Source of the DNA: Acidimicrobiia bacterium | GTDB taxonomy: Bacteria; Actinomycetota; Acidimicrobiia; Spongiisociales; ZC4RG35 | DNA length: 64,000 nucleotides | Direction of reading: 5' to 3' | Assembly (NCBI GenBank): GCA_041747855.1 | Contig: JBGTEJ010000088.1 | Span: 362 to 64,361 of the forward strand | Shown: one piece after another, positions 34,715 to 42,978 of the stretch | Numbering within the stretch: position 1 is the first letter of the stretch | Layout: every line of letters starts with the position of its first letter | Notes under the pieces: model-generated | What the model saw: only the letters and a program-made list of their open reading frames with translations | Told to the model about the DNA's origin: nothing | Databases searched by the model: none | Position numbers and translations under genes: made by a program

Positions 34715-37700
34715 ATGACCAAAGGCCTGCGGATCAACCGGCGTTTCACCGAGGCCGGCAAGGACCCATACGACCAGTTCGAGTGGTCGTACCGAGACTC
34801 CAAGATCTCCAACCCCGACGGCTCGGTCGTCTTCGAGATGAAGGGTGCGGAGATCCCCGCCCAGTGGAGTCAGGTGGCTTCCGACATCATGGTGTCGAAG
34901 TACTTCCGCAAGGCGGGCGTCCCCCAGGTCGACGATGCCGGCAACCAGATCCTCGACGATGAAGGCAAGGCGGTCACCGGTCCCGAGCAGTCGGCCAAGC
35001 ATGTGTTCGACCGTCTTGCCGGCACATGGCGTCACTGGGGTGAGAGGGAGGGTTACTTCGCATCGACCGAGGATGCCGAAGCCTTCGAGGACGAGCTCAA
35101 GTACATGCTCGCCAACCAGATCGCCTCCCCCAACTCCCCGCAGTGGTTCAACACCGGCCTCAACTGGGCGTACGGGCTGACGGGGTCGCCCCAGGGATTC
35201 TGGTTCGTCGACAGCAACACCGGCGAGCTCACATCCTCTCCGGACGCCTACACACGTCCGGCCCCTCATGCCTGCTTCATCAATGAGGTGAGTGACGACC
35301 TTGTAAGCCCCGGTGGGATCATGGACCTCTGGATGAGGGAGGCCCGGCTCTTCAAGATGGGTTCAGGAACAGGGAGCAATTTCTCGAACATCCGATCGGA
35401 GAACGAGCCCTTGTCTGGTGGTGGCAAATCGTCCGGCGTCATGTCCTTCCTCAAGATCGGTGACCGTGCCGCTGGCGCGATCAAGTCGGGTGGCACCACG
35501 CGCCGCGCCGCCAAGATGGTGATCCTGGATGCTGATCATCCTGACATCGAGCAGTTCGTCGACTGGAAGAAGATCGAGGAGGAGAAGGCAAGGATCCTGA
35601 TCCAACACGGTGGTTTCCCCGCCGATTTCAACGGTGAGGCATACGCCACAGTGTCAGGTCAGAACTCGAACAACTCCGTGAGGGTGACCAACGAGTTCGT
35701 CCAGGCCGTCATCAGCGATGGCGACTGGAATCTGACGAACCGCACCGACGGTTCGGTCAGGAAGACCATCAAGGCCCGCGATCTCTGGAACAAGATTGCG
35801 GACGCGGCGTGGGCTTGCGCCGACCCGGGTCTTCAGTTCGACACCATCGTCAACGAGTGGCACACCTCCCCTGCAGGAGGTCGTATCAGGGCAACTAATC
35901 CTTGCTTCACGGGAGACATGCGAGTGGCAACGGACAAGGGCTTGATCCCTTTCAAGTCGCTGGTGAATCGCGTGACCGAAGGTGAGACGTTCCAGGTCTA
36001 TACCCACGACGCGACAAACCCCGACACGCCGACAGAGACCATCGATCTCACCTCTCCAACTCAGGTGATGGTTACGGGTGTGAATCAGATTCTGCGCCTC
36101 GAGTTCTCCGACGGCCGAGTGTTGCGGTCCACGCCGAACCACCGTTTGTGGACGGCTAACCGCGGTTGGGTTCGGGCCGATGAGCTGACCGATGACGACC
36201 AGGTTCGTCTCATCGACAACGAGATTGACTTTGGGATGGCGTCTTGGGAAATGCCTGTGTCAACCGACGCGTCGATGTATCAGCAACGGAAGTCGAGTCG
36301 TAAGTACGCAGTCAATCTTCCTGAGAAGTGGACCGAGGAATTCGCTCACTATCTCGGGTGGCTGGTCGGCGACGGCAGTGTTACCGACAAGATTGTCGTC
36401 ACAGTCTATGGGTCTACTGAAGAGCAACAGACCACCATGGTGCTCCATCAGGAGTTGCTTACCGAGATCAACGGTGGGTTCGAACTCAAGCCGACCAAGT
36501 TGCAGAACGGCACTTACCAGCTTCGAATCGGTCGCAATGCCTTCCGGCGGTTCGTCAAAGGTCTGGGTGTATCCCAAGCGAAGGCCGGCGACAAGAGAAT
36601 CCCGTGGTCCATATTCGAGGCGCCTAAGCCGATAGTCGCCGCCTTCCTTCGTGGGCTATACGACGCCGATGGCTGCGTTCGATATGGCGACACGACCAGG
36701 TATGTGGGCCTCGGAAGCGTCTCCAAAGAACTGTTGCGAGACGTTCAGCAGTTGCTCGACACGTTCGGTATTCACGGCTATATCTACGGCTACAAGAAGG
36801 CTCAACCCGACGCATTCACCTACGTGACGAGAGCGGGTGAAACTCGAACCTATGCTGGCCGCCAGGCTTTTGACCTGAGAGTCATGGGTTCCGACCTTGA
36901 GAGGTTCTTCGGGTCAATCGGGTTCGGACTGAGCTACAAGGACGACATCCTTCACCAGGCTCTGGTCGAAACAACTCGATACGCCACCAAGCACTGGGTC
37001 CGTATGAAGGGCCGGAGCGAGGATGGCTGGGAGACCACCTACAACCTGACCGAGCCGAAGAACCACTCGTACCTGACCACGGGAATACTCACTAGCAATT
37101 GTTCCGAATACAATTTTCTCGATAACACTGCCTGCAACCTCGCCAGCATCAACCTGGTCAGGTTTCTCGACCAAGAGACAGGTGTGTTCGATGTCGAGGG
37201 GTATCAGCACACAATCCGACTGTGGACGATCGTGCTCGAGATCTCGGTCGCGATGGCCCACTTCCCGTCACAGGAGATCGCCCAAGGGTCATACGACTAC
37301 CGGACGCTCGGCCTGGGGTACGCCAACCTCGGCTCCATGTTGATGCGTAAGGGAATCGCCTACGACTCTGATAAGGGAAGAGCGATGGCGGCAGCACTGA
37401 CCGCCATCCTCACCGGCTTCGCCTATGCCACGTCGGCGGAGATGGCGGCGGCCGTGGGTCCTTTCCCCAGGTTCGAGGAGAACCGCGAAGCGATGCTCCG
37501 GGTGATCAGGAACCATCGAAGGGCGGCCTACAACGCGGACCTCGCCGAGTACGAAGGCATCTCTCACTACGTGATGGGCGTGGATCCGGACCTCTGTCCT
37601 GAGAATGTCCTGGTCGGAGCCCGGGAATCGTGGGATCGTGCCCTGGCCCTCGGGGAACAGCATGGCTATCGCAACGCGCAGGCAAGTGTTTTGGCGCCGA

Positions 37701-39298
37701 CCGGAACTATCGGGCTGCAACTCGATTGTGATACCACCGGTGTCGAGCCCGACTTCGCTCTGGTCAAGTTCAAGAAGCTGGCCGGCGGCGGCTACTTCAA
37801 GATCGTCAACCAGTCGTTGGCTCCGGCGTTGACCAACCTCGGATATTCCAAAGAGCAACTCAAGGAGGTCGTCGATTACATCGTCGGAACCAACTCGATA
37901 GAGGACGCCCCCCACATCAACCGGGAGTCGCTCGCTGCGAAAGGCTTCAGCGACGAGGACTTGGAAAAGCTGGAGAGGGCCCTGCCGTCGGTGTTCGAAC
38001 TGAGGCACGCCTTCAATGTGTTCACCTTCGGCGAGGAGACCCTCCAGAGGATCGGGTTCACCGAAGACCAGTACACCGGGTGGGAGTTCAACCTCTTGAA
38101 GGAGCTGGGATTCACCTCAGCACAGATCACCGAGGCCAACGACCACATCTGCGGTCGGGGGACGATAGAGGGCGCACCCCACGTCAAGGACGAACACTTG
38201 CCGGTGTTCGACACGGCTAACAAGAACGGCAAGTACGGGGAGCGGTTCATCCACCACACCGGTCACCTCAAGATGCTGGCAGCAGTGCAGCCGCAGTTGA
38301 GTGGCTCGGCCTCGAAAACGATCAACCTGCCTAACGAAGCCACCGTGGAGGACATTGAAGAGTCCTACATGATGGCCTGGGAGTACGGCGTCAAGTGCAT
38401 TGCCCTTTACCGGGATGGCTCGAAGGCAGCCCAGCCGTTGTCGTCCACGTCCGACGAAGGAGACGACAACGCAGATGAGCCGCAAGCTGTGACCGTTGCG
38501 GTGGAATCCGAGAAGGCGATCCACTGGGGCAACCTGCCGAAGGGACTTTCCCCGACCCAGGCGTATGCACAGGGGATGCAGCCACCCAGGTTCCTGCTGC
38601 CCGCAAAGCGGCGTGGCTTCAACCAGGAGGCACGGGTCGGTGGCCACAAGGTCTATCTTCGGACCGGTGAATACGACGACGGGACACTCGGTGAGATCTT
38701 CATCGACCTGGCGAAGGAAGGGGCGACCCTGAAGGGGATCCTCTCCTGCTTCGCTATCGCCGTTTCGAAGGGTCTCCAGTACGGGGTGCCGCTGGATGAG
38801 TACGTCGACACCTTCACCTTCCAGACCTTCGAACCGAGGGGCATGGTCGAAGGCCATCAGAACATCAAGATGGCCAACTCGATCATTGATTACGTGTTCC
38901 GGGCGTTGGGTGTGGAGTATCTGAAGCGGGACGAACTCGCCCAGGTTCCACCGGACCGTGAGTTGGCAGCGCCACCAAAGGGTCTCGCCGTCGAGGCCGG
39001 GCTCCAGGTGACGCTCGAGGAGGCAGTGGCCGAGATCGACATAGATGCCCTTCAGGCTGCTGCAGACTTCGTCGACGCACCGACAGGCTCGAGCAAGGAA
39101 CAGGTGGCGACGATGGTTGTCGAGAAGGTGACCCAGATGGCCGTTGCCAAGGTCAACGGCAAAGCCGACACTGCCGACCTGGCTTTGAGGGAGAACATGG
39201 GTGACGCCCCGGCCTGCTCCAACTGCGGTCACATGACCATCAGAAACGGCAGTTGCTACGTCTGTCTCACTTGCGGGGACACAACAGGCTGTAGCTGA
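34715..39298 (+). CDS. nrdJ: Class II (adenosylcobalamin-dependent) ribonucleotide reductase, intein-containing precursor
   Basis: ATG at 34715 follows GGAGGAGG. Radical-site block TNP|C SEYNFLDNTACNLASINL is split by an intein. C-terminal CSNCGH...CYVCLTCG zinc ribbon. Confidence 0.9.
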   Translation: MTKGLRINRRFTEAGKDPYDQFEWSYRDSKISNPDGSVVFEMKGAEIPAQWSQVASDIMVSKYFRKAGVPQVDDAGNQILDDEGKAVTGPEQSAKHVFDRLAGTWRHWGEREGYFASTEDAEAFEDELKYMLANQIASPNSPQWFNTGLNWAYGLTGSPQGFWFVDSNTGELTSSPDAYTRPAPHACFINEVSDDLVSPGGIMDLWMREARLFKMGSGTGSNFSNIRSENEPLSGGGKSSGVMSFLKIGDRAAGAIKSGGTTRRAAKMVILDADHPDIEQFVDWKKIEEEKARILIQHGGFPADFNGEAYATVSGQNSNNSVRVTNEFVQAVISDGDWNLTNRTDGSVRKTIKARDLWNKIADAAWACADPGLQFDTIVNEWHTSPAGGRIRATNPCFTGDMRVATDKGLIPFKSLVNRVTEGETFQVYTHDATNPDTPTETIDLTSPTQVMVTGVNQILRLEFSDGRVLRSTPNHRLWTANRGWVRADELTDDDQVRLIDNEIDFGMASWEMPVSTDASMYQQRKSSRKYAVNLPEKWTEEFAHYLGWLVGDGSVTDKIVVTVYGSTEEQQTTMVLHQELLTEINGGFELKPTKLQNGTYQLRIGRNAFRRFVKGLGVSQAKAGDKRIPWSIFEAPKPIVAAFLRGLYDADGCVRYGDTTRYVGLGSVSKELLRDVQQLLDTFGIHGYIYGYKKAQPDAFTYVTRAGETRTYAGRQAFDLRVMGSDLERFFGSIGFGLSYKDDILHQALVETTRYATKHWVRMKGRSEDGWETTYNLTEPKNHSYLTTGILTSNCSEYNFLDNTACNLASINLVRFLDQETGVFDVEGYQHTIRLWTIVLEISVAMAHFPSQEIAQGSYDYRTLGLGYANLGSMLMRKGIAYDSDKGRAMAAALTAILTGFAYATSAEMAAAVGPFPRFEENREAMLRVIRNHRRAAYNADLAEYEGISHYVMGVDPDLCPENVLVGARESWDRALALGEQHGYRNAQASVLAPTGTIGLQLDCDTTGVEPDFALVKFKKLAGGGYFKIVNQSLAPALTNLGYSKEQLKEVVDYIVGTNSIEDAPHINRESLAAKGFSDEDLEKLERALPSVFELRHAFNVFTFGEETLQRIGFTEDQYTGWEFNLLKELGFTSAQITEANDHICGRGTIEGAPHVKDEHLPVFDTANKNGKYGERFIHHTGHLKMLAAVQPQLSGSASKTINLPNEATVEDIEESYMMAWEYGVKCIALYRDGSKAAQPLSSTSDEGDDNADEPQAVTVAVESEKAIHWGNLPKGLSPTQAYAQGMQPPRFLLPAKRRGFNQEARVGGHKVYLRTGEYDDGTLGEIFIDLAKEGATLKGILSCFAIAVSKGLQYGVPLDEYVDTFTFQTFEPRGMVEGHQNIKMANSIIDYVFRALGVEYLKRDELAQVPPDRELAAPPKGLAVEAGLQVTLEEAVAEIDIDALQAAADFVDAPTGSSKEQVATMVVEKVTQMAVAKVNGKADTADLALRENMGDAPACSNCGHMTIRNGSCYVCLTCGDTTGCS
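35903..37099 (+). mobile_element. 399-aa intein with a LAGLIDADG homing-endonuclease domain
   Basis: Starts CFTGDMRVATDKG directly after TNP. Block B is STPNHRLW. LAGLIDADG motifs are YLGWLVGDGS and AFLRGLYDADG. Ends HSYLTTGILTSN, followed by Cys+1. Confidence 0.85.
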
Positions 39299-39304
39299 CG
39301 AGAT

Positions 39305-39393
39305 CTGACACACGAATGAGAGCGGTTCTGACAGCGAATGCGAGTGCTTCTGTCACAGAATGCGAGTGGAACTGACAGAGTCGCATTCTGTGA
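39305..39393. repeat. Four ~22-nt units (three direct, the last carrying an inverted copy) just after nrdJ
   Basis: CTGACA/CTGTCA starts at 39305, 39328, 39350 and 39372. Shared GAATG(A/C)GAG(C/T)G core. 12-bp stem CACAGAATGCGA / TCGCATTCTGTG at 39354..39392. Confidence 0.6.
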
Positions 39394-39440
39394 GATCAAG
39401 ACTCGGGTTGGCCCGAAGGACAACAGAGAAAGAGCGGAGG

Positions 39441-39459
39441 GGCGGCCGAATAGGCCGCC
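39441..39459. terminator. GC hairpin with T-rich flanks on both strands
   Basis: GGCGGCC-gaata-GGCCGCC followed by TCTCTTCGTT (plus strand) or CTCTTTCTCTGTT (minus strand). Confidence 0.35.
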
Positions 39460-39925
39460 TCTCTTCGTTCCGATGGCACCTTGAAGAAGGCCTCGATAGC
39501 GAGGAAGAAGGTGACCAGCGAAGTAACCAAGTCGGCCGTCAATCCGACCCCAGCAATCAGGGGAGGCCAGCCGCCTGAGAATCGACCAGTAGCGAGATCA
39601 GACCTTGTCTCGCTTCGCGTCTCGCTCAGACCGACGGCGGTCTCGCTGGTCGCCTTTCGCATCCAGCCACGATCCCAGCCGTCGATTCACTCTGCTGATC
39701 CAGGGTCTCAGGAAGTCGCTGATCGCGGTGCCAACCACACCGACCGCGACACCCACAGCGAAACTGGCGAAGTCCGTCCCATGGACCGTACAGACCAGGT
39801 ATGACGAGAAACCGACCGTCCACCGGATGCACCAGAGACCACATTCGTTGCAGGCTCCGCCCGGCGGGCGGCGTTTCGGTGTCCAGCGTAAGCTCACGGC
39901 TGGCCCAGCCTGAGAAGGAAGATCA

Positions 39926-41113
39926 ATGCAGCCGACCATCGACTTGTCCGATCCTGCATTCGCCAACGACCCGTACCCGTACTACCAGCGCCTCCGTGAA
40001 GAGGCTCCGGTCTACTGGCTCGCTCGTGGAGATACCGGCGAAGGGATGTGGTTGTTCACACGTTATGAGGATGTAGCAGAAGTCCTCCGATCATCCCGAC
40101 TCACCAAAGACTCCACAAAGGTGTTCCCCGATCGGGAGGACCCTATGGGGGTAAGAGACATGCTGTCCACCGACCCGCCAGACCACACCCGCTTGCGTGG
40201 CCTGGTCAATCGGGCCTTCACCCAACGGCGTGTCAAAGACCTCGAAACCCGCATCGCCGGCATCGTCGACGACCTTCTGAACGAGGTGGAAGGCAATGAG
40301 ATGGAGTTCATGGGCGAGGTCGCCCTCCCCCTTCCAATCACCGTGATCGCCGAGCTCCTCGGTGTCCCCCTCTCCGACCGCGACCAATTCCAGGCATGGA
40401 CCACCGATCTCGTCAGGGGAATAGACGCCGTTGGTATGAATCCGGAACGAGCCCAACGCGCTGAGGCAGCCAGTTTCTCCTTGATCGGCTACTTCGCCCA
40501 GCTGATCGAGGGTCGGAGGGCCACCCCTGGCGAGGACTTGATAACCGCCCTGATCGCCGCACACGACACCGGCGACTCGCTCAGCGACGGCGAACTCTTC
40601 GGGGTCTGCATGCTTCTACTCATTGCTGGTTACGAGACGACCGTCAACCTTCTCGGCAACGGTCTGCACAACCTGCTCCGCCATCCCGACCAGTTCGACC
40701 TGCTCAAGAGCCATCCGGGCCTCCTCGACTCAGGAATCGAAGAAATGCTGCGTTACGAGAGCCCGGTCCAACGGGCCACGGCACGGTGGACGCTGGAAGC
40801 GACCGACTTCGGCGGCCAGACCATCGAACCGATGCAGCAAGTCAGTGCCGTGATCGGAGCGGCCAACCGTGACCCTCGCCAGTTCCCGGAACCCGAAACG
40901 TTCGATGTGACCAGAACCCCGAACCAGCATCTCGGCTTCGGGCGAGGAATCCACCTCTGTCTGGGTGCGCCACTGGCACGCGCCGAGGCGCGGATCGCCT
41001 TCAGCAGGATCCTGGCCCGGTTCCCCACCCTGGAACTCCGATCGGAGACTCCGGACTGGAACGGGAACACTTTCATCCGTGGTCTCAACAGCCTCCGCGT
41101 CGGATGGTCCTGA
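39926..41113 (+). CDS. Cytochrome P450
   Basis: FGRGIHLCLGAPLA Cys-ligand loop, EMLRYESP (ExxR) and AGYETT I-helix motifs. Confidence 0.9.
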   Translation: MQPTIDLSDPAFANDPYPYYQRLREEAPVYWLARGDTGEGMWLFTRYEDVAEVLRSSRLTKDSTKVFPDREDPMGVRDMLSTDPPDHTRLRGLVNRAFTQRRVKDLETRIAGIVDDLLNEVEGNEMEFMGEVALPLPITVIAELLGVPLSDRDQFQAWTTDLVRGIDAVGMNPERAQRAEAASFSLIGYFAQLIEGRRATPGEDLITALIAAHDTGDSLSDGELFGVCMLLLIAGYETTVNLLGNGLHNLLRHPDQFDLLKSHPGLLDSGIEEMLRYESPVQRATARWTLEATDFGGQTIEPMQQVSAVIGAANRDPRQFPEPETFDVTRTPNQHLGFGRGIHLCLGAPLARAEARIAFSRILARFPTLELRSETPDWNGNTFIRGLNSLRVGWS

Positions 41114-41159
41114 GAGTTACAGCCGGAACGCCTCTCGGTCGTCGGTAAGCGGCCGTACC

Positions 41160-42482
41160 TCAGTACTCCCCGAGTGCTGACGGGATGTCTTCGACCGGCT
41201 CGACTCCCGGGACCGAGTCCAGTTCGTAGGCCTGAACCGGGTGGCTGATCCCCTTCAGAAGGACTGGCGCAATGGCTCGACCTTTGATTCCATCGGTGAG
41301 TAGGGCGAAGGTGGTCGGCCCGGCCAACACTCGCCCGGGCTGGGCGAAGGTCTGGAGCCGGGCGGCGACGTTCACGGCGTCGCCTATCACCGTGAAAGTC
41401 CTCAGCTCGGCACTGCCCACATTGCCGACCAATACTTGGCCGGTATTCACACCTATGCGGAAGGGAGGAGCCGCCTCAAATCCTGGCTCGGAACGCAGCC
41501 TGGAGATCGCCTCCTGGATACGGAGGGATGCCCGCGCCGCCCGCGTGGCATGGTCGGAGCAGGCGTTCGGAGCGTTGAACACGGCCATGACCGCGTCGCC
41601 TCCGAAGGACATTACCGAGCCGCCCTCGTCGAGGACCGTTGGCACGACGACTTCGAAATAGCGGTTGAGCAGGGCTCCGACACCCTCGGGATTCATCCTC
41701 TCGGCCATCGAAGTGAAGCCTTCGAGGTCTGCGAACAGCACGGACACCTCGGCCAATCGACCTCCCAGGTTTGAAGTCGCCGGGTCGGCGAGGACCACTT
41801 CGGCGACACCGGGCGAGAGGTAGGTCCGGAGAAGACTTTCGACCTGGTCCCGCAACGAGGAAATCTGGATTCGTTGCAGGAAGCCGTCACGAGACGTGCT
41901 CTCGAGGACGCGGACACCCAACGCCGCGGGAAGAATCGCTGAGGCGACCAGGAATGTCTGGACAACAGTGACGGCGACTCCTCCCCCGAAAACCCCGCTG
42001 AAGCCAATGAACAGAGCCAGATAGATGAGGGCGCCGGCAGCAGCCATGACAAACCGGAGCTGCAAAATGACAAAGGCGAACACCGCTATCAGCATCACCG
42101 ACAGTGCTCCGTACTCGAGGAACCACTCGGCGGCCGCGGCAAGCCGCAAGCTGGCGAACACCGCAATGCTGGTGAAGATCAGGACGATCACCTGGAGCTG
42201 GCCGTAAGACTGGAAGCGCCTGATCAAGTAGAGGGCAAAGATGTTCGCTCCCACCATCGCACCGGTGATCCCGAAAGCGATCCCGGCACTCACATTGCTG
42301 AAACGGGCGTATATGAGGCCTCCAAGCCCCCACAGGAAGGCCGACTGGATGGTCGCCGACCGGATCTGCTTGAGGTGCCCGGGACCGATCTCCCCGGTGT
42401 AGCTGCGCTCGAGGCCTACGTCGAGGAACGAGAGCGTGATTGGGTGTCTCTCGGCATGGCTGGTCAGATGTTCGTCAACCAT
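41160..42482 (-). CDS. Membrane-bound class III adenylate/guanylate cyclase
   Basis: Six N-terminal TM helices, then VSVLFADLEGFTS ... GDAVMAVFNAP ... GVNTGQVLVGNVGS ... TVIGDAVNVAARLQ. Confidence 0.85.
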   Translation of the reverse strand: MVDEHLTSHAERHPITLSFLDVGLERSYTGEIGPGHLKQIRSATIQSAFLWGLGGLIYARFSNVSAGIAFGITGAMVGANIFALYLIRRFQSYGQLQVIVLIFTSIAVFASLRLAAAAEWFLEYGALSVMLIAVFAFVILQLRFVMAAAGALIYLALFIGFSGVFGGGVAVTVVQTFLVASAILPAALGVRVLESTSRDGFLQRIQISSLRDQVESLLRTYLSPGVAEVVLADPATSNLGGRLAEVSVLFADLEGFTSMAERMNPEGVGALLNRYFEVVVPTVLDEGGSVMSFGGDAVMAVFNAPNACSDHATRAARASLRIQEAISRLRSEPGFEAAPPFRIGVNTGQVLVGNVGSAELRTFTVIGDAVNVAARLQTFAQPGRVLAGPTTFALLTDGIKGRAIAPVLLKGISHPVQAYELDSVPGVEPVEDIPSALGEY

Positions 42483-42617
42483 CGGCTTCGCACCCAGAAT
42501 ACGCGACCAGTCTTCTGCCCGCGAACCCGCCGACCTTAGACGTCGACTACAAGCGTGAACCTGGGAACGGAAGGCCGCGGTGGGTCTTCAACCCGGGTGC
42601 CGCCCTGATCGTTCGGG

Positions 42618-42911
42618 TCATTGGCCTGGTCCGGTCAGCATGCGATATGGGTACGGGTCGAACGTGGTCACCTCGATGATTCGGTCGACAGGTAGTCCGT
42701 TGCTCCGCGCCGTCAACCTGACAGCTTCGGGACTCGGTGCCTCGACGAGGTCGAATACCGATGGTCGGTCTGCAGAGATGTAGGAGTGGATCCATGTGAC
42801 CCTCCGATCCGAGTTGCAGGAGATCACCTCGATGAATCTCTCTATTGACCAAAACCTGTATGGAACGTCCGCATCCTCAGAGAATGCTCGTTCTACCAGA
42901 TAACGAGGCAC
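42618..42911 (-). CDS. DUF4242 family protein
   Basis: MPRYLVERAF ... VTWIHSY ... VEAPSPEAV ... LPVDRIIEV matches my recollection of the DUF4242 pattern. Confidence 0.65.
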   Translation of the reverse strand: MPRYLVERAFSEDADVPYRFWSIERFIEVISCNSDRRVTWIHSYISADRPSVFDLVEAPSPEAVRLTARSNGLPVDRIIEVTTFDPYPYRMLTGPGQ

Positions 42912-42978
42912 CTATCGACCTTCCTTCACACAGAGGAAGCTACGGGCAGGAAGTGCCACTGGACATCGGACGGACTGC

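Noticed and set aside
39396-39966. Small minus-strand ORFs (122 aa and 88 aa) with hydrophobic stretches between nrdJ and the P450 gene
   Set aside because: The two ORFs are in different frames and have no convincing start codon or RBS. One overlaps the P450 start and the other runs through a terminator-like hairpin. A small membrane protein or a frameshifted gene cannot be excluded, but is not supportable.
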